In this document: positions 36,592 to 44,868 of the stretch, piece after piece
Position numbering within the stretch: the stretch's first letter is position 1
Layout of the letters: each line of letters opens with the position of its first letter
Source of the DNA: a virus
Virus record (IMG/VR): IMGVR_UViG_3300022602_002157
Location: 1-64,000 of that record
Length of the DNA stretch: 64,000 nucleotides
Strand: one strand, 5' to 3'
Position numbers and translations under genes: made by a program
The notes under the pieces: generated by a model
Told to the model about the DNA's origin: nothing
What the model saw: the letters and a program-made list of their open reading frames with translations, nothing else
The model's database searches: none

Positions 36592-39500
36592 ATGAGTTCA
36601 ATATTAAAAGGTATAACCATTAATGAAAGTCTGCAAGATGACTTTATTGAGTTAATGAAGTCTAAAGGTTACAATGTTAAGCCGCGTGGCAGTATTGAAC
36701 AACAAAAAGCAGAGCGTGACGCAATGTTGGCACAACGTGCTAAGGATCAGGCCAATGCGCCGGCGCCGGCTGCTCCAAGTCCAGAAGAAATTGCCAATGC
36801 TAAAGAAAAACTAGCACAACTAGAACGTGTGTTTGATAAGAATTATCAATACAGTGATGATCATAGTGTGTGGAGTAAAAACCACGATATCGCACAACAA
36901 ATCGGTAGTCTTAAAAAATTAATTGCACGTGGTGAGCAAGGTGTGGCGGAAGGCTCCGAGAACTTCAACGGCATAGACATTGACATGGACCTAGAAGGTG
37001 ACGAAATCATGGTGCGAGCCATGGCAAATGGTCGTGAACTGGGCCATGTGATTTTTGTGGAAGACGGAGAATATTTACTACCGCAGGATTTAGAAGTAGA
37101 CGAACGCTATCAAGGTCAAGGCATTGCCGCTACCATGTACGACTATGTAAAAAGCAAAGGTTATAAAATACGCCGCAGTTGCCGACAAACAGATGCAGGT
37201 GCTGGATTTTGGGCAAAACACCGTCCTAAACAAAATGTCTGGGAACAAGGTGTGGCGGAAGGCTCGGGCATGAATGTAGTCAAATCAGTCAAGGTAGGAA
37301 ACTTCAGACACGATTTGGTCAATACTGGAATGGGTTGGCAGGTTCGTATCTATAACGGTGATGAACTTTATGATACTGGGTTGAGCAAGAACTCTGAAGA
37401 AAAAGGTTTAGCCGCATTGGATAACTCAGTGGCATACACTAAAAAGCAACTAAACATTAAAGAGCAAGGTGTAGCGGAAAGTGAAAATAATAGTATTCCA
37501 CCCATTGGGATTAATGTGCGAAGCGACGGTGATATTGACTATGCTGATCTAATTGTTGATGGTAAAAAGAAATATGAATCCAGAAACACTGATAGCCTCA
37601 ACCCATATGTTGGGAAAACAGTTGGCATTATTAGAACCGGTAGTGGACCCGCAGTTGCAATTGGTCAAGCAACAATAGGCGAACCCATAGTAGCAGATGA
37701 AGAAAAGTTTAACAAACTTAGAAAAAAGCATCTAGTTCCAAAAGGTAGTAGGTTTGATATAGATAGCAATGGTACAAAATACTTGTATCCAATCATTGAT
37801 CCTGTACGCTGGGACGATGAAAAGTTGGTAAAGCAAAGGGGCATAGTTGCTAGAAAGATCGAAGAGCAAGGAGTGGCGGAAGGCGTTCCTCAACCTGGTA
37901 AATCATCTGGCAAACCTATATCTTGGATTGATCCTACCAAAGTTGTAACAAAATATCTAACGCTAGACGAGATATTCGATTCAGTATCAGGCATACCATA
38001 CTATAACAATGTTGTTGATGATCGTGACAAAAAAGACTTTACTTGGGGAGTAACTAAAAGAGTAATTCAATATGCAAAAGAATTAGTCACACGACCTGAT
38101 TCCTACAAAAACTGGCCTCCTATAATAGTCTTAGATGGCAAACTACAGGACGGGGCACATCGTATATCCACTATATACTTGATGCAACAAAGAGTTCAGC
38201 CAAACGACCCAATTTGGAAAAATGCTAAACTAAAAGTAGAATTTGGATCAAAAAATAATGTAAAGCAAGATATGGCGGAAGGCTCTTTGAATGAGTTCTC
38301 GATGGGCGATGACGGAGAAGATCCAACCGATAACTATCCTTGTTACGATTGCGGTAGCACTATATTCTTGCATCATACTAAACTATGTGATTTAGCAGAA
38401 GATAATGCCATACGAGATTTGCCAGCAAAACCAGGATCACAACATTGGACTGGTCAAATTCCAAAAGGATTACATCCTATTCCGGGATTACAGGAAGGAC
38501 AAGGTGTGGCGGAAGAAAAATGCCCACATTGCGGTGGTGAGTTAGTCAGTGAAGATATGATTAACGAAAAGAAAGATGCCTGCTACTACAAAGTCAAGAG
38601 CCGTTATAAAGTATGGCCCAGTGCATATGCAAGTGGTGCATTAGTTAAGTGCCGCAAAGCTGGTGCTAGTAACTGGGGCAATGGTGGAAAGAAAAATGAA
38701 AGTTCTATACTAGAAGGTATCGAGCAAGTTGATGAAAACTTACACCAATGGTTCAAAGAAAAGTGGGTACGATTTGGCCCCGATGGAAAGATTCGCGGTG
38801 ACTGTGCTAGAGGTAGTGATAGTGAAGGTAAGCCAAAATGTTTGCCACAAAGTAAAGCACATGCATTAGGTAAAAAAGGTCGTGCAAGTGCCGCTGCCAG
38901 AAAACGCAGAGAGGATCCTAATCCAGAACGTCATGGCCCAGCACACAATGTTGCCACTAAAAAGAAATCAAATGAAGCCGCTAATCCAGCACAACAGGCT
39001 GCTATTGCTATCAATATGAAAAAGCATCATCAAAAGCCAAAGAATGAGGCTGTTGGTGATGTCGATTTAGAATCAGCATATAGACGAGCCTTAGAAATTA
39101 CAAAACAAATTAAGTATGATGACACTGCAACACAAATCATTGTAGAAATTCAAATGCTTGCAGAAAAAACAGGCATCGATATGAAACAACTTAATTGGGC
39201 TATTGATGATGTGCGTGAAGCAAAAAATCAATTAGAAAGCGCCGTATATGGTCTTGATGAAGTATTCAAAGAGGCTATGGAACAACAGCAATATCGTGAT
39301 GAAGAAGGTATTGACGAAGATACAGCATATGGCGGTGGTATGGGTCAAGGTCACACAGGACAATCATATCGTAAGTTTACTCCAAAGAGTGCAGGTACAT
39401 TTAATGAAATGGATAGTTTCGATAACGGAACACACTATACACCTAAAATGGCAGGCACGTTTAAAGAAAGCAAATTAAAAGAAGAGCCAGATACATCAGG

Positions 39501-39750
39501 CCCAATTGGAACACAACCGGGTGGTTGGAGAACATATAGAGCAAAAAGTGCCGGCACAAAAATGAAAAAAGAAAGTTCTATTATGAAAGGTCTTAAAGAG
39601 ACTGATAGTACAGGAACTAGTGTAGGTTCAGCAGGTGCAGGTGGTGGTGCAATGGTAGGTGGCCCAACAACATACGAACAAGAGTTTGATCCTTTCAAGC
39701 GTAAGGGCGCAAGACGTATTACAGCAATGACATATGAAGGCAAAAAATAA
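36592..39750 (+). CDS. Modular polyprotein (GNAT, ASCH, ParB-like, Zn-binding and unknown modules separated by QGVAE repeats)
   Basis: VDERYQGQGIA (GNAT motif A); LIVDGKKKYESR (ASCH); PPIIVLDGKLQDGAHR (ParB/Srx-like); CYDC, CPHC. Confidence 0.75.
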   Translation: MSSILKGITINESLQDDFIELMKSKGYNVKPRGSIEQQKAERDAMLAQRAKDQANAPAPAAPSPEEIANAKEKLAQLERVFDKNYQYSDDHSVWSKNHDIAQQIGSLKKLIARGEQGVAEGSENFNGIDIDMDLEGDEIMVRAMANGRELGHVIFVEDGEYLLPQDLEVDERYQGQGIAATMYDYVKSKGYKIRRSCRQTDAGAGFWAKHRPKQNVWEQGVAEGSGMNVVKSVKVGNFRHDLVNTGMGWQVRIYNGDELYDTGLSKNSEEKGLAALDNSVAYTKKQLNIKEQGVAESENNSIPPIGINVRSDGDIDYADLIVDGKKKYESRNTDSLNPYVGKTVGIIRTGSGPAVAIGQATIGEPIVADEEKFNKLRKKHLVPKGSRFDIDSNGTKYLYPIIDPVRWDDEKLVKQRGIVARKIEEQGVAEGVPQPGKSSGKPISWIDPTKVVTKYLTLDEIFDSVSGIPYYNNVVDDRDKKDFTWGVTKRVIQYAKELVTRPDSYKNWPPIIVLDGKLQDGAHRISTIYLMQQRVQPNDPIWKNAKLKVEFGSKNNVKQDMAEGSLNEFSMGDDGEDPTDNYPCYDCGSTIFLHHTKLCDLAEDNAIRDLPAKPGSQHWTGQIPKGLHPIPGLQEGQGVAEEKCPHCGGELVSEDMINEKKDACYYKVKSRYKVWPSAYASGALVKCRKAGASNWGNGGKKNESSILEGIEQVDENLHQWFKEKWVRFGPDGKIRGDCARGSDSEGKPKCLPQSKAHALGKKGRASAAARKRREDPNPERHGPAHNVATKKKSNEAANPAQQAAIAINMKKHHQKPKNEAVGDVDLESAYRRALEITKQIKYDDTATQIIVEIQMLAEKTGIDMKQLNWAIDDVREAKNQLESAVYGLDEVFKEAMEQQQYRDEEGIDEDTAYGGGMGQGHTGQSYRKFTPKSAGTFNEMDSFDNGTHYTPKMAGTFKESKLKEEPDTSGPIGTQPGGWRTYRAKSAGTKMKKESSIMKGLKETDSTGTSVGSAGAGGGAMVGGPTTYEQEFDPFKRKGARRITAMTYEGKK
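36937..38514 (+). repeat. Six dispersed in-frame direct repeats, consensus CAAGGTGTGGCGGAAGG (QGVAEG)
   Basis: Copies start at 36937, 37246, 37465, 37867, 38266, 38500; spacings 309, 219, 402, 399, 234 nt, all multiples of 3. Confidence 0.9.
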
Positions 39751-40190
39751 TGTTAGCAGATCAATTAAAAGTTTTATTAGGTAGTACATTTGTAGTTTAT
39801 ACAAAAACACATGGATTTCACTGGAATATTGAAGGCCCTGATTTCCCACAGTATCATAAGTTTTTGAAAAAAATGTATGAAGAAACTTATGAAACAATAG
39901 ATGTTATTGCTGAATACATTAGAACATTAGATAGTTATAGCCCAGGTAGTTTAGGTCGTATGCTTGAACTAACTATCATTGAAGAACAATATAAAATTCC
40001 ACGTGCTGAGTTAATGTTAGCAGAACTATTAGCAGACTGTGAAAAAATGATTGCGTTAGTTGTAGAAATTTTTAATGTTGCTACGCAAGAAAATCAACAA
40101 GGCATTGCAAATTACATGGCAGAGTTACAAGACCTTTATTCACAGAAGGCTTGGATGTTAAAAGCAACACTTAAGAAACAACGTGCATAA
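39750..40190 (+). CDS. dps: Dps-family ferritin-like protein
   Basis: HGFHWNIEGPDFPQYH, DVIAEYIR, KAWML. Confidence 0.9.
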   Translation: MLADQLKVLLGSTFVVYTKTHGFHWNIEGPDFPQYHKFLKKMYEETYETIDVIAEYIRTLDSYSPGSLGRMLELTIIEEQYKIPRAELMLAELLADCEKMIALVVEIFNVATQENQQGIANYMAELQDLYSQKAWMLKATLKKQRA

Positions 40191-40660
40191 TGAAACCCAG
40201 TGAAATTGTTGACGAGTACAAAGTAGACAATAAAGAAGGTTGGGGTGCAGTACCTTATAATCAAGACGTTGATTACTTTGGCTTACGTGTATTAATGAAA
40301 CCTAGCACATTTTTAAAACTAGCATTACCATTAAATGCTCCTGTTAGTGTGAACAAAATTATCAAACATTTAGAAGGTGGTGGTTCATTAGGGGCGCCCT
40401 TTTTAGATATATCTATTCCAATGAATTGGGACAATGGAGATTTCAGCGAACCTGCTAAAGTCAAAGGACATGAAGGTAGAAATCGTATGATGGCTATTCA
40501 ACATGTCGATGGTGATAAACCTGTTGAAGTTCATATCTTCCCTAAGGGAGGATATCGTAACAGAGATATGACACCTGATTTTGTAAAAAACTTAAATAAA
40601 CACTTGACAAATCAAGCCGGCACTGATATAATCAAGGGACCGTTGTTTACTGTAGAGTAA
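40190..40660 (+). CDS. ParB/Srx-like hypothetical protein, probable internal head protein
   Basis: APFL...VKGHEGRNRMMA; N-terminus MKPSEIVDE. Confidence 0.5.
   Translation: MKPSEIVDEYKVDNKEGWGAVPYNQDVDYFGLRVLMKPSTFLKLALPLNAPVSVNKIIKHLEGGGSLGAPFLDISIPMNWDNGDFSEPAKVKGHEGRNRMMAIQHVDGDKPVEVHIFPKGGYRNRDMTPDFVKNLNKHLTNQAGTDIIKGPLFTVE
40604..40632 (+). promoter_or_regulatory. Consensus sigma70 promoter
   Basis: TTGACA-17 nt-TATAAT with extended -10 TG, inside the 3' end of the upstream CDS. Confidence 0.75.
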
Positions 40661-40662
40661 TC

Positions 40663-41259
40663 ATGAACCGAAAAGATTATACAAATTTTTTACAAAAGAA
40701 TTTTCTACCACAAGATTTGTTTGATTCTTTGTTACAAACTAAAGAATCATATGTGACTAGAAAAAATATTTTTGTAAATGCTGATGAAACTATAGAATAT
40801 GTTGATGAAGGCTCAGAAGGTTGGGTTCGTAATCGCGCCACTGATTTAGATGCATTATCTCCCATCTTTAATGAATATTTTATTCAATTATTTAAAACAA
40901 CTAAACAACGTCTAATACAAGAGGGAGCAGTAAACCCTAGATTACACGGAGTACGTTTTTATCGTAACAATGAATCTATGCCCTGGCATAAAGATTATAA
41001 CGTAGAAGAAATCCCCGAACTTAAAAGATTACTTACAGTTTATATGATAAATCCTGTTCTTCCTCAAGAACAATATGATAAATTTATAGTAAGTGTTTAT
41101 CCAAACAGTCCCGGACATTGGGGATTGGGATTTAAAACTGATTTAGAACCAAACTTAATTTTAGGACACAATCAATTATTTGGTCATGAATTTATTAATT
41201 CTGGAGCACCATATGACGTAAATCGTGATGTTTTAACTATGCTTTGGTGGGACGAATAA
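40663..41259 (+). CDS. Putative 2OG-Fe(II) oxygenase-like protein
   Basis: MPWHKD (HxD), later FGHE and NRDVLT pattern. Confidence 0.5.
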   Translation: MNRKDYTNFLQKNFLPQDLFDSLLQTKESYVTRKNIFVNADETIEYVDEGSEGWVRNRATDLDALSPIFNEYFIQLFKTTKQRLIQEGAVNPRLHGVRFYRNNESMPWHKDYNVEEIPELKRLLTVYMINPVLPQEQYDKFIVSVYPNSPGHWGLGFKTDLEPNLILGHNQLFGHEFINSGAPYDVNRDVLTMLWWDE

Positions 41260-41302
41260 AATAAATAATATGATAAATACTATTTGAATCAGGGAAACTA
41301 TT

Positions 41303-41641
41303 ATGAAAATTAATGAACTTTTTGAAAGCAAGCACGATGAATGGGATGAGGACGATGTTCCTAGTGTTCCTAGTGATCCTGATTCAGACAAAATTCCTCA
41401 TATTCTAATGCAAATGAAAAAAGCAATAGATGTACAGGGCAATTATCCTATCACATTTAAAGATGGCACTAAGACAAAAATTCCTCTTAGTGATATCGTT
41501 AAGTTTGTAGAAAAATACGTAACCCTTAAACCCATGGACCGCGAAAAAATGCAAGACGTAGCAGGTCAAAGCAAAGAAAACTTTGACATGATTCTAAAAC
41601 ATTTCCGCGGCGAAACAGCACCAAAGAGTATTTACCAATGA
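41303..41641 (+). CDS. Probable internal head protein
   Basis: MKINELFES N-terminus; TAAATA at 41274. Confidence 0.55.
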   Translation: MKINELFESKHDEWDEDDVPSVPSDPDSDKIPHILMQMKKAIDVQGNYPITFKDGTKTKIPLSDIVKFVEKYVTLKPMDREKMQDVAGQSKENFDMILKHFRGETAPKSIYQ

Positions 41642-42471
41642 AAAAAATTATTTTAATGTTATCATTAGTCCTATCAGGACTAATCTATAGTACACCTAGT
41701 TTTGCTTGGAATCAGCGTCAGCCATTCCCAGTACAGCAATGTCAAGCACATGCCCCATATGGCTTTCCTAATGCACAAGGTGTACAACCATTGTGTCAGC
41801 AAGCGTATCTAGTTGGTTACGATGCGGCTGCAAAACTTCCTAAATTTGTAACTTATGAACTACTTCCACAAAACGCTATTGGCTGTGTTGCTCGCACAAA
41901 TGCTTTTGCTACTAATCAATTTGTACCAAATGGAGCCACTCCCGGCGATTACGCTGGTACAGGATACGACAAAGGGCACATGGCTCCAGATGGAGACTTA
42001 TCATGGGACACTCAAGTTGAATTTGAATCCTTTTTAATGACTAACATGAGTCCACAAGCAGGCTCATTAAATCGCGGTATTTGGAAGTTGTTAGAAACTA
42101 GTGTACGTGGTTGGGCAGTACAGCGCAATCAAAGTTACACAGTTTATGTTGGTGGTATCTATGGCCCCGGCGACAAGACAATTGGTAAGGGCGTAGTTGT
42201 TCCTCATGCTTTCTATAAGATTGTTATCAACAATCAAACTAAAGAGATTGCAGGTTGGGCATTCCCACACGTTGCACCATATCCTAACTTAGGTAATGAT
42301 TTAACTAAGTTCCGTGTTCCAGTACAACAGATTGAACAGCAAGCAGGTGTTCAATATGCATTCCCACAAGGTGCAATTGAATTGCAACCTGGCAAAGAAT
42401 GGCCTGTTGACTTCGGTGCTCTTACAAATGCAAAACGTGCCAAATGCGGCGCAAATGCAAGTAACGATTGA
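41638..42471 (+). CDS. Secreted DNA/RNA non-specific endonuclease (NucA/EndoG family)
   Basis: Signal peptide; YDKGHMAP, FLMTNMSPQ, LNRGIWKLLE, VPHAFYK. Confidence 0.92.
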   Translation: MKKIILMLSLVLSGLIYSTPSFAWNQRQPFPVQQCQAHAPYGFPNAQGVQPLCQQAYLVGYDAAAKLPKFVTYELLPQNAIGCVARTNAFATNQFVPNGATPGDYAGTGYDKGHMAPDGDLSWDTQVEFESFLMTNMSPQAGSLNRGIWKLLETSVRGWAVQRNQSYTVYVGGIYGPGDKTIGKGVVVPHAFYKIVINNQTKEIAGWAFPHVAPYPNLGNDLTKFRVPVQQIEQQAGVQYAFPQGAIELQPGKEWPVDFGALTNAKRAKCGANASND

Positions 42472-42541
42472 TAATCAATATCCGGTGTATCCTGAGGACG
42501 ATGGCACAGATCGTCCCAGGAACCCATACAGCCCAGTATAG
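42455..42541 (+). CDS. Possible micro-protein (28 aa)
   Basis: MQVTIDNQYPVYPEDDGTDRPRNPYSPV fills the gap; start uncertain. Confidence 0.4.
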   Translation: MQVTIDNQYPVYPEDDGTDRPRNPYSPV

Positions 42542-42549
42542 GAGTCTCA

Positions 42550-42942
42550 ATGAAAAAACTTACTGCATTACTAGTTTTAATATCACTAACAGGCTGCGCA
42601 CAAGTAGGTAAACTCACAGATATGATTCCAAGTCGTTGGGATCCTAATCAAAGCAAAATTGTTACAGACCTTCGTCAAAGCACACAAAATTTTGATTGTT
42701 CACAAGATGTTTCTAGTCAGTTAAAAAACATCTATGCTGAAGTTCAATGGTTTGAATTATACAGCGAAAGCAAGAACACAAAAGACGTACTACACCTTGT
42801 AGAAACACTAAAAGACACAACAACTGAATTCAATGATAGATTGAAACAGGGACCAGTAAGTCCATTGTATTGTGATCTAAAGAAAAAAATCTTAATACAA
42901 GAAGCCGATACAATTGCACATACTGTGCAAGGGAGATGGTAA
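42550..42942 (+). CDS. Lipoprotein
   Basis: MKK + hydrophobic stretch + LTGC lipobox; AGGAG RBS. Confidence 0.8.
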   Translation: MKKLTALLVLISLTGCAQVGKLTDMIPSRWDPNQSKIVTDLRQSTQNFDCSQDVSSQLKNIYAEVQWFELYSESKNTKDVLHLVETLKDTTTEFNDRLKQGPVSPLYCDLKKKILIQEADTIAHTVQGRW

Positions 42943-42943
42943 C

Positions 42944-43180
42944 ATGCAACAACAATTAGAACAACTAGCAACAGTTAACGCACCATGGGCACAACAACGT
43001 GCCCAATATGCATTGCAAGTAGGACAGGCTGTTCAACAAGGACAGTTAAGTCCAAGTGAGGCTAAAGAAATATTAGCCGATTTAATCAACGTAGATAAAC
43101 TAAACCAAGAAGCCTCAGACGATGAAATGAGAGCGGCATTAGTGTTTGGTGTTACACAACTAGCAATGATGCTAGGTTAA
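42944..43180 (+). CDS. Hypothetical protein
   Basis: GGAG RBS, ATG 42944, helical 78 aa. Confidence 0.6.
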   Translation: MQQQLEQLATVNAPWAQQRAQYALQVGQAVQQGQLSPSEAKEILADLINVDKLNQEASDDEMRAALVFGVTQLAMMLG

Positions 43181-43260
43181 AAGAACTCAGCCTTAGGACC
43201 GAGTACGCGGCTACTGCGTGAACAAATAGAATTCGCTACTCTATTTGTCAAAGTGAGCAC
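43181..43260 (+). ncRNA. Candidate structured non-coding RNA (family unassigned)
   Basis: Three consecutive stems (ACTC/GAGT, ACGCGG/CTGCGT, ACAAATAGA/TCTATTTGT) and a possible loop-tail pseudoknot. Confidence 0.45.
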
Positions 43261-43353
43261 CTACCAACTTATTGTATACATATATTTCGCTTGCCGGTTG
43301 TATTAAATACATACTCATATTGTACTTACAACAATAATAATAAAGGTGAAAAT

Positions 43354-44868
43354 ATGAAAAGAATACTAAAAGCAATTGGTACATCAGTCCTTATGGCCGC
43401 ATTGTCAGTCAATGCCCTAGCACAATCTACCAGTACTACGGGAACATCTTCTGCAAACAGCAGTGGAACCATTACAAATAATAATACATTAATCAATCAA
43501 GGTGGATATAGTTCAAGTTCACTGGTTGATACTAATAGCACAAGCAACAGTACTAGTGCTGTTTTTACAAATAGCAATACAAACAGCAACAGTAATAGCA
43601 CAAGTACTTCAACTGTTAATAGTAACAGTAACTCAACTGCTACGGCTACAAATAACAATAATAACGTTAGCACCAGTACTAGCACTTCAGTTAATACAAA
43701 CAACAATATTCAAAGTGGTACTGTAACTAACATCAATCAGAATACCAACAATGGTACTATGACGTATAACAATAACAACGTCAATAGTGGTACAATGACC
43801 TATAATAACAACAACGTTAATACAGGTACAATGACCAACAACAATAATAACGTTAATACATCAACTTCATCAAGCACTAGTGTTAATACAAACAACAATG
43901 TTAATACTGGTACTATGACATATAATAACAACAACGTTAATGCGTCAACTTCAACTAGTACAAACGTTAATACAAATAATAATATTAACAGTGGTACTAT
44001 GACATATAACAATAATAATGCAAGTACTTCATCAAGCACTAACGTTAATACAAATAACAATATTAACAGTGGTACAATGACTTACAATAATAACAATGTA
44101 AGCACAAGTAACAATGTTAATACAAACAACAATATTAACAGCGGTACAATGACATATAATAACAATAATGTCACAACTAGCAACAACGTTAATCAAAATA
44201 ATAACGTCAATACTAGTACGAGTACAGCAACCAACACCAATAACAATAATAATGTAAGCACCAGTAACAATGTTAACCAAAATATTAACACTGGTACAAT
44301 GACTAACATTAACCAAAATACATCTGCGGTAACAAGTCAAAACACTAATACTAACAATAACAACAATAATAGTACTAGCAACAACGTCAACCAAAACATT
44401 CAAAGTGGTAGTATGACAAATAACAATAACAATAACAGTAACATTACTGAAAAAGTTATTCAGCCTCCACCAACAGCAGTTGCTCCTGCAATGTTAAGTG
44501 GTGGTAACCCTGATCTATGTACAACAGGTACTAGTGGTTCAGTACAAACACAAATCTTTGGCGTTGCTAGTGGTGGTACTAACCGTGACATGAATTGCGA
44601 AAGATTAAAAATCTCTAAAACACTTTATGACATGGGCATGAAAGTAGCCGCTGTTGCTACAATGTGTCAAGACCGTCGTGTATTTGACGCTATGATGGCA
44701 GCAGGCACCCCTTGCCCATACGAAGGTAAAATTGGTGATCAAGCCAAAGACGAGTGGGAAACACATCCAGAAAAACTACCAAAAGTAGAAAAGGAAAAGA
44801 GAGATGACACATATGAAAAAGTGGGCATTGGCGCTTTGCTTGGTGCTCTTGTCTTCAAACTTTTCTAA
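43354..44868 (+). CDS. Secreted Asn/Thr/Ser-repeat protein with Cys-containing C-terminal domain
   Basis: Signal peptide ending ALA; NNNNVN(T/S)GTMTY repeats; C-terminal DLC, NCERLK, MCQD, PCP. Confidence 0.75.
   Translation: MKRILKAIGTSVLMAALSVNALAQSTSTTGTSSANSSGTITNNNTLINQGGYSSSSLVDTNSTSNSTSAVFTNSNTNSNSNSTSTSTVNSNSNSTATATNNNNNVSTSTSTSVNTNNNIQSGTVTNINQNTNNGTMTYNNNNVNSGTMTYNNNNVNTGTMTNNNNNVNTSTSSSTSVNTNNNVNTGTMTYNNNNVNASTSTSTNVNTNNNINSGTMTYNNNNASTSSSTNVNTNNNINSGTMTYNNNNVSTSNNVNTNNNINSGTMTYNNNNVTTSNNVNQNNNVNTSTSTATNTNNNNNVSTSNNVNQNINTGTMTNINQNTSAVTSQNTNTNNNNNNSTSNNVNQNIQSGSMTNNNNNNSNITEKVIQPPPTAVAPAMLSGGNPDLCTTGTSGSVQTQIFGVASGGTNRDMNCERLKISKTLYDMGMKVAAVATMCQDRRVFDAMMAAGTPCPYEGKIGDQAKDEWETHPEKLPKVEKEKRDDTYEKVGIGALLGALVFKLF
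43690..44450 (+). repeat. Asn-rich coding repeats (NTNNN[IV]NSGTMTYNNNN)
   Basis: Repeated AACAATAA.GTTAA.A..GGTAC.ATGAC units; boundaries approximate. Confidence 0.85.

Noticed and set aside
36937-38514. QGVAE repeats as a CRISPR array
   Set aside because: Repeats are only ~17 nt, spacers are 200-400 nt, variable and protein-coding in frame; no cas genes in the window
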